Shown here: positions 50,759 through 62,704 of the stretch, piece after piece
Position numbering within the stretch: the first letter of the stretch is position 1
Layout of the letters: each line of letters begins with the position of its first letter
DNA from: Mobula hypostoma
Taxonomy: Eukaryota
Length of the DNA: 64,000 nt
NCBI RefSeq assembly: GCF_963921235.1
Contig: NC_086097.1
Location: 226,116,001 to 226,180,000, forward strand
Direction: 5' to 3'
Translations under genes and position numbers: made by a program
The notes under the pieces: model-generated
Databases searched by the model: none
What the model was told of the DNA's origin: nothing
The model's input: the letters and a program-made list of their open reading frames with translations, nothing else

Positions 50759-53036
50759 TAACTTGACAAGATGCATAGGAGCTGATTGCACAGGGCAAGT
50801 ATCACCTTAACTAATCAGACAGCATAACAGTGGAATTTAATGCATAAAGACTGCATGTGAAGGGGAATAAATGAATTCAGTGCCAAATTGATTATAGAAC
50901 CAAAGAAAAGAAAACATAAAATAAATATTTCATTTGCTCTGTAAGAGTTAAAATCTAGAAGAATGAGATGCCCCTCTTGTCTTTGCCATTATTCAAAGCC
51001 CGGGGAGTCCGTAATAATTATCACTTACCACATAGTTAAAAGGAATATAAACCTGAAATAACTTTATGGAGGTGAGTTTATTTCAATTCTGTGTAAATGC
51101 AGAAGCTTCACCCTGTTGAATGGTGAGATGCCATCTTCACAAATGAAACAAAATTTTTCCATTACTTACGTTTAATCACCTAAAGCTGCTATGGTATTTG
51201 ACTTGGGTTATCATCTTCCAAACCTTCAATGGGTGCGTGGCTTCCTCCATTGTGAGAAACAGAGCAATTCATGCATGTATTCTGTTATTTAGTTTTAGCC
51301 ATATCCCACTGCGTTTGTGTAATTTTCATTGCATTGAAGATTTTGAAAATTGAATTTATATGGAAGTCTTCATTGTAAATTGGCAGAAGATTTATGGATG
51401 AGCCAATTTCCTAGATAAATGGTATTAGCTGTGTATTCCTGCTGCTTTCCAGAGTTAATTCAGGTCATCAAAGTTCCTGAGAACAGCTGGAAATGAAATA
51501 TCTATAATGGTCTAATAAATTACAAAGTGTTCCATAATACAATCATGATAATAATCAATAAATACAGAACATTCAATTAACATATGAACATACATATAAA
51601 AGTCAATACATGACTCAAATCAACTTTCAGGAACAATGATTGTGAGGTAGATTTGATTTTAAATTGTATTTAGTCAAATTTCCATAAGAATCATGAAAAT
51701 TTCCACTGCAGAAATTGTGTAAATTGGCATGACTGGTTTTCTTTGCTAACGCAATTTGTTGAAGGATTATTATAATTATTATTTTGATCAGGAAACCAAA
51801 AGTGTGTACTGGCTTTGGGTTCATGTTGGTTTTAGTCAACTTCTTGAAGGAACAATTCCAAGTTATAACAAATAAGACGCAAGGGGAATTAGGACTATTG
51901 CACTTTAATGGAATTTGACTTGATTGTCCTAGAAATTGGAAGAATATTACCCAGCATTTTCTGCAAATCAATATTAGGGTTTTGTTTGACCCTTCTAGGA
52001 GACAGCGTCATCAGTGAACATATCTAAGTAGTTCAATTGTTATGGTTTAAGTAGACTTTTTCAAGCTTTGCTTTTATATATGAATCTATCTGATGTATTA
52101 TTATGAATATTGAGTTCAAGTTACATGACATCTCATGAGAGCTACAAGTTGACAAACTGTAGCTGTCGTATTGCAAGTCCATTCCTTGTGATCAGTAATC
52201 TTATCTACAGTAGTGAAGTACACTTACAAACTAGAAAGGAAATAAAGCTCTCATGTTTGAAGTGGAAGGCTTAAATTGGCTTAATTTTGCTTTCAGATGG
52301 TCTACTTTCAACTTCAACCAATAACCATTATATTTGAATATTCAAACACATTTGAACTATGGACTTCTGCCAGAAAAGCAAACATACTTCATTGTAACAG
52401 TCATATGATAGTAGAGAAGGTGTGGAAAAGTATCCTGTGTAGTAAGTACATTTAGGTTTATAAATATATTTTTTTTGCTGAGCCCCTCTCTTTCCCCATC
52501 TGGATTCATCTGGAGTTTTTTCTACCCTTTTAACACACACTCCAGGAATGTGTGAGACAGTAAGTACAAATTCCAATATAAATATTGTTCTGTTCTCCAG
52601 ATGGTTTTATGTATACTTCTCTAGAAAAATGGCAATCCATCATTCTACCAACCTGTTGTCAAACCTCAGTGATATTTCACTTCACCCATATTTAGAACAA
52701 AATTTAACTTTAACATCAAGTGGATTGTGAACTAACCTCATTTCAGATTGGATTACAGTAGTGGAGGAATTGTGATTAAAATGTCGATGTTGACTAGCAG
52801 TTTGTTCTGCTTATATCTTATTCAACTGCATTGCAATAAGGCCAATTATACTGATGCATGTAAGCAAACAATACCCAATTATAAGTGTCTGCATTTAAAT
52901 TGTAGAAAATAACAACTTTTTAAAAATTTGCTATACTTTTGAAATGGTGATGGAACATCAACAACATATCAGATGATGCCCGCAGTACAAGAGAATGCTT
53001 ATATTTTCAATAAAAATAATATTTGCCAGCTACATG

Positions 53037-53385
53037 GGGGGCAAGTAGTGTAGCAGTCAGAACAATTGCTTTACAACATCAGGGACCACCAATTAAGATT
53101 TGATTCTTCTGCTGTATGTAAAGAGTCTATATGAATTCCCAGTGACCACATAGGTTTCCTTTCTGTGCTCTAGTTTCCTCACATGTTCGTAATCAGGTAT
53201 GGTTAGGGTTAATAGGTTGTGACAACGCTGTATTGATATCAGAAGTATGGTGACACTTGCGGGGTGCCCCAGCGCAACCCTGGGACTATTTTGGTTGTTG
53301 GTGTAAAAACAGCACATTTCATGCATGTTTTGACGTTTCAATGTTCAGTACATGTGACAACTAAAGCTGACCTTTCTATCTTTAT
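53037..53385 (+). mobile_element. V-SINE (tRNA head + V domain), decayed
   Basis: TAGTGTAGCAGTCAG A-box-like head; CCCAGTGACCACATAGGTTTCCTTTCTGTGCTCTAGTTTCCTCACA resembles the vertebrate V-SINE central domain. Confidence 0.65.
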
Positions 53386-54274
53386 ATCTCACTCACCCTC
53401 TGTAGAATCAATGAAAGCATACAACTGGTACTGCACCAACAACTACCTCACTAATGTGTTCCTATCTGATCACAATCCTTTTGGGTTTGGATACAAAATA
53501 GTCCCTGTGATAAACAAAGACCCAGAAATTCAATTGTATTGTGTTTGTCTTTATTTGTGCTACATGTTTGAAAGGACAGACACATTCAGTCTTTTTCATT
53601 TTGTGTGCACACTGTGAAATTTGATCATTAGCTTCTTGTAATGCATCTACACTTGGAGGCCACTGGGTTTGCAGCAGTGATGTCAGTGGTGTGCAACAAG
53701 TACTTGCTGTTACATCTACAACACTAGTGTGGAATAAGCAACATAGAAACAGCATGGAACTCAACAAGAACTCATGCTTAACAATAGAACGAAGGGTGGC
53801 TCTGGAGCAAATTGAAGCAACAGTCCTTATGTAAGAACATTTGGGAATTCAAATAATATAAAGCAACCATGTATCTCTGGTCTAGGAATTAGGTGCTCCT
53901 CTACATTACAGAAGATTTTTCTCATTTCCGGGGGTCTCACTTATTCTAATCCTTGCCACAGATGTCCATCTTTTGTATCATGGTGTTGAATTAAATAGTG
54001 AAGAAATAGAGTGTCCACTTTCCAAAATAAAGCTGGCCTTTATATCTTTACATCTCACTCAGCCTCTGTAGGATCAATGGGAACATACAACTGGTACTGC
54101 TCCAACGACTACCAGCCTTATGTGTACATATTTGGTCACAAATGTATTGGGTTTGGATACAAAATAGTCCTTGTGAAAAACAAGCAGCTGGACATTTATC
54201 GTCACTGTGTTTGTCTTCATTTGCAGACAAGTTCAGACCTTTATTATTTAGTGTCCATTGTGAAATTTGATCAT
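53363..54274 (+). repeat. Diverged local duplication (53363-53628 and 54029-54274)
   Basis: Manual alignment: 38 differences and no indel over the first 195 nt; shared end TGTGAAATTTGATCAT. Confidence 0.9.
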
Positions 54275-54326
54275 AAATGTCCCACATCATTCCAAAAATG
54301 CTTAGTCATCTGATTCATGTCTGCTA

Positions 54327-54393
54327 CAATACTGCGCAAAAGTCTTTGGCACTTATATATAGCTAGGGTGTCTAAGATTTTTGCTCAGTGCTG
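54327..54393. mobile_element. Tiny Tc1-type MITE
   Basis: TA|CAATACTGCGCAAAAGTCTTTGGCAC...GTGTCTAAGATTTTTGCTCAGTGCTG|TA; a second right arm lies at 54843-54878. Confidence 0.75.
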
Positions 54394-54409
54394 TATATTA
54401 CCTTTCAAG

Positions 54410-54843
54410 TTACCATTCAATCATTCTTCCAGTCATCCCCACTCCCCTGCCTTCTCCCCATACCCTTTGATTCCCTGGCTAATCAAGAACCTATTTATCT
54501 CTGCCTTAAATCCACACAATGACTTGGCCTCCACAGCCGCTCATGGCCATAAATTCCACAGATCTACCACCTCTGACTAAAGTAATTTCTCCACATCTCA
54601 GTTCTAAGCCGATGTTCTTCAATCTTGAAGTTATGCCCTCTTGACCTAGACTCCCTGCCATGGGAAATAACTTTGCCATATCTAATCTGTTCAGGCCTTT
54701 CAATATTCGGAATGTTTCTATGAGATCCCCCTCATTCTCCTGAACTCTAGGGAATACAGCCCAAGAGCTGCCAGATGTTCCTCATACAGTAACCATTTCA
54801 TTCCTGGAATCATTCTCGTGAATCTTCTCTGAACACTGTCCAA
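54410..54843 (-). mobile_element. CR1 3' fragment
   Basis: Near-match to 18594-19010. Confidence 0.85.
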
Positions 54844-55724
54844 TATATATGTCCCTAAGGCTTTTGCACAGTACTGTACCTCCTGAGAGAACGTTCAGCC
54901 ATGTTGCTCCTTTACCAATACTTCTTAGGTTAGGGTTATAAATCAAGGTGGGTCCAAAAATGATCTTACCCGCATGAATTTTTGGACATCATAAAAAAAT
55001 TTGAAATACTCATATTCACCACGAAACTGAAGAATGACATTTGGCACACATTGTTAGTCTGAAAGTCATCTCCACTGTGGGAACTGATTTTATTCAGAAG
55101 AGTGGTCGTTCCAAGGTGCCATGATGGATCAGTGAGGAAGAGAGTAAATGCCTAATGTGGCCATTCAAATCACTGTGGGATTTCAGCAACAGAATAATTA
55201 TATATTCTAACAATCTTAACTTCAAGACCCTTAAGTCCTCACCTCCATCAATATCAATCATCCAAGTTTAAGCTAACAACAACAGAAAATATATCAATTA
55301 AATGGAAGCTAATTATCATGTTAAACAAGGAAATGCCCATGTACCTGTTCTTGCTTATCAGTTGTGACACTATCAGGAGCTTCCTTCATCAACTGTTCAA
55401 GTGTCACCATCAACCGGAAGACAAACCAACCAATCACAGCAAAGTACAGCTATGAGAGAAGCTGCACCTCAGCAATGTCGTTCATTCCTCAGTTGCAATT
55501 TGATAAACTTTGTCATCAGTTACCTACATAGATGGATGCAATGGCAAAACATATCACAAAGACAAGACAAACTAATTAGTCATGCATTTCTTTCGCCAGA
55601 AACAAATGTAACATATTTGCACCTCAATGTCTTCCAGAGTAGTTGCATGCCTTTTGTACTTTTGTAGCTGGGAAGTTATGGGTATATGCCTCAGTGAGAC
55701 GATCCTACACAGCTGAGAATATGT

Positions 55725-55930
55725 CAATGTCCCAGTGGCTCACTTAGGAAGGCCAATATTTATCCATTAACTACCATCACTGAGAAAGATCATCTGTTCA
55801 ATCTCATTGCAGTTTGGGGGACCATACTGTGTGCAAGTGGACCAGGAGGCACAGGCTTGTTGGGCTGGAAGGGGCACTTACCATGCAATATCTCCTAAAA
55901 AAAAATTACAATATGTTCACTGGCTGTATA
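55725..55930 (+). mobile_element. Ancient Deu-domain SINE remnant
   Basis: GGCCAATATTTATCC...ATCATCTGTTCAATCTCATTGCAGTTTGGGGGACCATACTGTGTGCAAGTGG resembles the DeuSINE (AmnSINE1/SacSINE1) core. Confidence 0.5.
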
Positions 55931-57069
55931 TCAATGCAAGTCTTTGCTTTTTTTTTCTCATTAATGCTTGAGCGCCTGTAGGAATAGGCTAGCTAGAAAG
56001 AATGATGTTGTAAGATGATCAAGCAGTAAATTTCCAACTACAGGAGTAAGTATTTTTGAAGGTGATATGTATTGAGATAGACGTCAAAGCTTCCTATATT
56101 TAAAGGGAGAATTGTCCCATTACTTCTTTTCCCCTCCTGGAGAAGTTAGTGAACTTCTTTCAGCATTTTCCTCACGCAGTGAGCACTTCATTCCTCTGTG
56201 ATCTGCCGCCGTGAATTACCTGCAGAGATATGTGGGGTTATAATGCCCAAAGCAAGTGCAGTGCTATCCTCCAGCACCGTTTAGACACGGCAACACTTCG
56301 TCTTCTTGTTGCTGCCTGAGAAAACTATTAAAACTGGAACTTTAAAACAAAGGACCCATGCACACTAGGGCAGACTTCAGTCACAAACACTTCTAAACGT
56401 TTTTACAGAACCTGCCAGCACTTTAAATGTTCTAAAACTATAGAGATCAGCAAAACATACACGTTGCATTCTTTCAACAAGCCGTTCAGCTGCAATTCTG
56501 CACCTTCTATGGCTCCATGTTACGATAGCCTTCAACCTTAAATGCTTTCAAATGGATACACCTCCTGACCAAAAAAATCAAGGATTGAAATTCCTATTCT
56601 TGTTTGGGAGCAAACTGGTGAAAATTATTTTCTACACTGTTTAAAACTTTTTTTAAGATAATTCAGATAAGAACTTGACATCTTGGCCTAGCAATTTTGA
56701 GCATGCCAAAAATGGCTGACTAGAGGTCAAATGCCTGTTAGTGCTGTCCCAGGCAGCATGAAATCTTTGTGCTGCCTTCTCATTATCATCATTCAGCCGT
56801 GTAGCCAGCAATGCACATCTATTCGTAGACTGCACGCTTGGATGAGGGGGCCTGCTGTTGGGTATTTTGGATCACAGTTAAAGGCATCCAGTTTCTCTTA
56901 AAGGGGATGTGCATTATCACTGCAAGCAAGAGGGAGAGAGTACTTGAGATTTTTAGTCTGGCATAGAGAGACAGGAAGAAGGAAGTCTGTTCATTTAGAG
57001 GTAGGAAGCCCTCAGGAATACTTCCTGTGGTAATGGGCAGGTATGACAAGGGAGGCCAACATTATAAGA

Positions 57070-57760
57070 ATACAAGAACACAAAAACACAGCAGCAGGAG
57101 TAAGTCGCCTGGTTCCTCAAGTATGCCCTGCCATTCAATGTGATTCTCACATCAACTCCTTCTCTGTGCCAGATCCCTTCCGCCCTCAATTCCCTCATCT
57201 TTCAATAATTTACCTTCCTCCACGTTAAATACAGTACTGAGTGTGTCTGCACCTGCCCCAGCACTGGGCACCCTTTCTCTGCCACCTGTCCCATGCCTTG
57301 CCCAGTGTGCTCTATCCTTGCCATTCCCAACATCTTTTGCTCCCGCTAGATTTACAAATTCACTCTCCACCTCCACTCCATGCTAAAAAATATGGAACTG
57401 TATTTTGAATGATCTGGCCTTCAATTCTGGTGATTCATGACTCTCCATAAGAAGACATGTGTACATACCTTGGTTTTAAAGACCTCTCCTTTTTCTTGAA
57501 ACTATATTCCCCCTTTCAAGACTAAAGACATCGATCCTGTCATGCTTCTCAATCTCAGCATTTTTTCAGTCGATCACCCCTCATTCTGATATACACCCAA
57601 TTAACTAAACCCAAAGTGTTTAGCCTTTGTAGGAGATTACACAAACGTTAGCAGGGTTTCTCCCAAGTTGTACTCAATCTTATCTGCATTCTGTTGAAAT
57701 CTCTCGTTTGAACTCCCTCCAGTAATGTAGGAAATTTGCTAATATTTATGATCTTGCGGT
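57070..57760 (-). mobile_element. Old CR1 3' remnant
   Basis: ATAAGAATACAAGAACA...AGCAGGAGTAAGTC tail and decayed downstream similarity. Confidence 0.45.
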
Positions 57761-58014
57761 GTGATCTCAGATTGGATCCCACTTGTCTTTACCTTCTCCT
57801 TTTCTCACAGACAGAGGGGATTCCATTGCCGTGAGTGGTTGTCCATGATAACCTGCTGAGCATATTGGATTCAAACTGTGGGCAATGGCAGGGGATCAAC
57901 CCTCCCACCATCTCCTGCGAAGAATTTGGACTTAAAAGAAGCTTTTTGCTTAAAGAATCCTAGAGGCACAAGTTTCCAAGTGACTTTAGGAGATATGTCA
58001 AATAACACAGTTAC

Positions 58015-58135
58015 TGAAAGTACTGATGAAAGGCTTGTGACATTTACTGATTCTCTCTTCACAGATACTGCCTGGAATATTGCATACTTCCAGTATTCTC
58101 TGTGTTTTTCACACATTTCATGAATCTGCAATATT
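58015..58135 (+). mobile_element. Old Penelope pLTR relic
   Basis: CTGATGAAAGG...CTCTTCACAGATACTGCCTG...TTCCAGTATTCTCTG. Confidence 0.5.
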
Positions 58136-58359
58136 TTAATTAGGAGTACCAATATTATTTTCAACCCTTGCTGCTTAATTCTCTGACCGTTTTCCCACTT
58201 CTTGATAAAATTCACTATATCATTTTCCCATCATGTTCACATATTCAGTGTTTTAACAGCCCTCATTTATCCACAGCTCACATCCAATGCCAGCTTTCAT
58301 CAGGCTGCTTAACAAACTACGAGCCCACGGTATTACAGCAAATATTCTAGCATGAATAA

Positions 58360-59990
58360 AGCTCATTGGCAGGAAGCAAAGGGTGGGAATAAAGGGAGCC
58401 TTTTCTGGCTGGCTGCCCGGTGACTAGTGGTGTTCCTCAGGAGTCTGTGTTGTGAGGGATACGTTTTACATTACATGTCAATGATTTGGATGATGGAGTT
58501 GATGGCTTTGTTGCAAAGTTTGTAGACAATATGAAGACAGGTGGAGGGGCAGATAGTTTTGAGGAAGTAAAGAAGCTACAGAAGGACTTAAACAGATAAG
58601 GAGAAAGGGCAAAAAAATAGCAGATGGAATACAGTGCCCGGAAGTGTATGGTCATACACTTTGGTAGAAGAAAAGAAATGAATGTTGATTATTTCCTATA
58701 TGGAGGGAAAATACTAAAACTGAGGTGCAAAGGGACTTGAGAGTCCTTGTGCAGGATTCTTTAAAGGTTAATTTGCAGGTTGAGTCTGTGGTGAGGACAG
58801 CAAATGCAATGTTAGGATTCATTTCAAGAGGACTAGAATATAAAAGCAAAGGTATAATGTTGAAACTTTATAAAGCACTGGTGAGGCCTCATTTAGAGTA
58901 TTGTGAGCAGGTTTGAGCCCCTTATCTTGGAAGAGATGTGCTGAGACTGGAGAGGGTTCAAAGGAGGTTCGTATAAAAGATACCTTTGCCAATGGCAGCT
59001 GTGGCGGCCAAGTGTTATGTATATTTAAGGCAGAGGTTAATAGATTTTTGATTATCAAGACATGAAGGGATATGGGGAGAAGGCAATGGATTGGGGATGA
59101 GAGGAAAATTGGATCAGCCATGAAATGGCAGAGCAGACTTGATGGGCCAAATGGACTAATTCTGCTCCTATACCTTATGGTCTTATGTTGGGAAATGTAT
59201 GATAATACATTTTGTTAAAAGAAACAATAGTGTGAATTATTATCTAAATGGAGGGAAGTTTCAAACATCAGAGGTGCAGAGGGACTTAGGAGTCCTCGTG
59301 CAAGACTCCCAGAAGGTTAATTTACAGGTTGAGAGTGAGGAAAAGAAGGCAAATACAACATTGGCATTTATTTCAAGGGGAATAGAATATAAAAGCAAAG
59401 AGATAATGCTGAACCTTTATAAGATGCGAGGCAGACTGCATTTGGAATATTATTAACAGTTTTGGCCCCCACATCTCCAAAAGGATGTGTTGTCATTGGA
59501 GAGAATCCAGAGGAGCTTCATGAGGAGGATTCTGTCGTTGAAGGAGTTAACATATGAAGAGCATTTGGTAGCTTATGGCCTGTACTCGCTGGAATTTAGA
59601 AGAATGCATGGGGAGCTCATTGAAACCTACCGAATGTTGAAACAACTAGATCGGGTGAATTTGAAGAGGATGTTTCCTACAGTGGAGGTATGAAGAATGA
59701 GAGGGCATAGTGTCAAAATCAAGGGACCTTCTAACGTGGAGGTAAGGGGGATTTTTTTTTAGCCAGAGAGTGGTGAATCTGTGGAACGCACTGCCACAGA
59801 CTGCAGTGGAGGCCGTCCATAAGTGTATTTAAGGCAGAAGTTGTTAGTTTCCCGATCGGTCAGAGCATCAGTGGATATGGCAAGAAGGCAGGTGTATAGG
59901 GTTGAGTGGGATCCAGGATCAGCTAAGATAGAATGGCGGAGCAGACTCGATGGGCTGAATGGCCTAATTGTGCTCCTATGTCTTATGGCA
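58360..59990 (+). mobile_element. Two tandem CR1 3' fragments (58360-59188 and 59189-59990)
   Basis: VTSGVPQES, KFVDNMK, LYKALVRPHLEYC; each copy ends in a TCTTATG tail. Confidence 0.88.
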
Positions 59991-59999
59991 GCAATGAAG

Positions 60000-60350
60000 A
60001 TCCGCCATCATGTCAATAGCTTCTTCTTGGTTTTCACCATGGTCAGTCATGCAAATCCCAGGTGGACACTCAGGAATACCATCACACTCAGATATTGAAG
60101 GGTTCTTCATTGCTGTTTCTGTAACAATTTTGTTTTACCAGTCATTGTTGTTAGCCCTGAGCTGAACCCACGAGTCTGGAGGACCGTTAGACCACTCTTA
60201 GTCTTTCCTCTACCCTTTGACCTGTTTGGCATGGGTGACCCCACCAAGAGCCAAAACATAAAGCCCTGACTCTAGCCAACATAGCTCTCTGGGTCATTGT
60301 GGCACACAAGTCTCCAAACCCAACAACAAGCTTGTCATCCTCTCGGAGGG
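60000..60350 (-). mobile_element. RTE-clade 5' leader fragment
   Basis: Minus-strand AATGACCCAGAGAGCTATGTTGGC...GGGTCACCCATGCCAAACAGGTCAAAGGGTAGAGG..AGACTAAGAG...GGGCTAACAAC resembles RTE/Rex3-type 5' UTRs (recognised from memory). Confidence 0.6.
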
Positions 60351-60489
60351 TGGATATTATTAGTGTTCCTTAATGCTGTTGAGAGTACAGTATAGTTCTC
60401 CAAGGTGTCCTAAAATTCATCAGGTACTTCAGCTATTCATTCAGTGGGCCACACAACATACTTCAGGGACAGTAAACGGAAATTTTAAA

Positions 60490-60712
60490 AAACTGCAGAT
60501 GTGGGAAATCTGAAATAAAAACAGAAAAAGCTGGAAACCCTCTCCAGGTTGGGAAGTATTTGTGGAAAGAGAAGCGGTTAACACAGTGAATCTAAAATCC
60601 TTAATCAGAACTGAGGAATATCGGATCTGATACCTGAAACATTTAACACTTCTCTTTCCATGGATACCTCATGACCTGCAGAGATGTTCCAGTATTTTCC
60701 ATTAGTATTCCA
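60490..60712. mobile_element. Old fold-back Penelope pLTR relic
   Basis: Inverted pLTR arms (CTGCAGATGTGGGAAATCTGAAATAAAAACAG... / ...TGACCTGCAGAGATGTTCCAGTATTTTC); a similar relic lies at 62500-62705. Confidence 0.55.
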
Positions 60713-61179
60713 TCGGCCAGTCAAGACAATGAAATGCCCCCTTTAGTATGACAAAGACAATCTGCACTTACTTGATACCTGCAATCTGACAACTAGATTC
60801 AGAATTCCAGTGGCCACTTTCACAGAATGGAGCCTTACCAAAAGCTATTCAGCCCATCAAGTCTAGGGTACTTTGTGCTAACAATCAGGAATCTCCAACA
60901 CCTAAAAACAACATCTAATAAATAATGTCATGAGCAACATGGTGCTGGGAAAGATGGTGACATGAAATCTAGCCACATTATACAGTCAAGGAGTAAGAAA
61001 AGCTGTATTGCATTGGCTGATCTCATGTACCATGTCTGCTGAAGTAGAACTCGTAGTTTGTAAAGTGTACTGTAAATGAGGGAGTTTTCCATTCTCTAGC
61101 TCTCCCTATTTCTCTTCCTGTGGGTGCTCATCCTTTGTACTTGCTCTGAGGTTGCAAAAAGCAGAACTATTGTCATATA

Positions 61180-61950
61180 GTCATAGAACACAAGAGCACA
61201 GAAACAGAGCTTTTGGGTCATCTAGTCTGTACCGAACCATTCATCTTCCGAATCTCATCAACCTGTATCTGGACCAGAGCTGTCCATACCCCTCCTGTCC
61301 ATGTACCAATCTAAATTTCTCTTAAATGTTGATGTTGACCCCAAATCCACCACTTGTGCTGGCAGCTCGTTTCATATTCTCACCACCCACTGAGTGAAGA
61401 AGTTCTCCCTAAACACTTCACCTCTCTCCTTTAACCAATGACCTCTAGTATCAGTATCACCCAACCTCAGTGGAAAAAGCCTGCTTGCATTTACCCTACC
61501 TATACAGCTCATAACTGTGTATGTCTGTATCAAATCTCCTCGCTATCTTCTATATACATTCTAGGGAAAATAGTCTTAACCTATTCAACTTTTCCCTGTA
61601 GATCCTCAAATCCCAGCAACATCTATGTAAATTTTCTCGGCACTCTTTCGATACATCTTGTAGGTCGGTGACCAAAACAGGGAACAACACTCCAAATTAG
61701 GCCTCACCAACATCTTATACACTGTCATCATAACATCCCAGCTCCTGACTCAATACGTTGATTTATGAAGGCCAAAGTGCTGAAAGCTTTCTTTATGACC
61801 CTATCTACCTGTGACACCACTTTCAGGGAATTTTGGATCTGGATTCCCAAATCCCTCTGCTCTACCACACTCCTTGGTATCCTAACACTCCCTGAGTAAG
61901 ACCTACACTGTTTGGTCCACCCAAAGTGCAACACTTCTCTGCATTAAATC
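61180..61950 (-). mobile_element. CR1 3' fragment
   Basis: LHFGWTK...SVVEQRDLG...SLKVVSQVDRVIKKAF. Confidence 0.85.
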
Positions 61951-62193
61951 TTGTCTTTGTGGGACTCTGCAGATTGTGCAGAAGCAACATTCCTTTTTAA
62001 GCCTTGTACAGCCTAATTGCATTCACTCACGGATTTCTACACAGCCAAAACTCCAAATAGTGAGATCTGTATAACCTTTCATTGGTCTCTATTCGTCATT
62101 GCTGTGCTCCTCCAGTGCACCTAAATCGTGATTCATTAATCTTCCCACGTTGAAAGAAATATTGGTTGTAGCGTGCATCATTGTCTAGGCTGA

Positions 62194-62391
62194 GCAAAAC
62201 ACAAAAAATGCTGGAGGAACTCAGCAGGCCAGGCAGCATCTATGGAAAAGAGTACAGTCAATGTTTCTGGCCGAGACTCTTCAGCAGGACTGGCCCTGGC
62301 ATAGATGCTGCCTGGCCTGCTGAGTTTATCCAGCATTTTGTGTGTGTTGCTTGGATTTCCAGCATTTTCCAATTCTCTCTTGTTTGTGATG
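62194..62391. mobile_element. Fold-back Penelope pLTR insertion with hammerhead in the loop
   Basis: ~46-bp inverted arms around a minus-strand hammerhead (62255-62292, core mutated to CTGCTGA); 11-bp duplication GTCTAGGCTGA at 62183-62193 and 62392-62402. Confidence 0.85.
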
Positions 62392-62704
62392 GTCTAGGCT
62401 GAATCATTTTTCTGGTACTGTGCAAATGGCACAGAAAGAGTGTGGAACAGATGGTGGCATCACATTCGAGATAGATATGAAACTCAAGAAAAAAAAATCT
62501 ACAGGCACTGGAAACCTGAAATTTAACAGAAAATGCTGAGGTGGGTGGGGGGAGGGGGAACGTAGCAGCATCTGCGGAAAGAAAAACTGCCAATATTTTG
62601 TGTTTTCAACACTTTGTCAAGACTGGGCCCATTGACTGTTGGCTGTTTCTCTTACCACAGTTAACTCCTGACCTGCTGAGTTTTTTCCAGCATTTACCAT
62701 TTTT

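Noticed and set aside
56272..56295. REST/NRSE-like site
   Set aside because: Only the CAGCACC half matches; spacing and right half are poor
4375..62402. Recurrent pLTR repeat as a CRISPR-like array
   Set aside because: Dispersed, in both orientations, with no regular spacers; eukaryotic retroelement context
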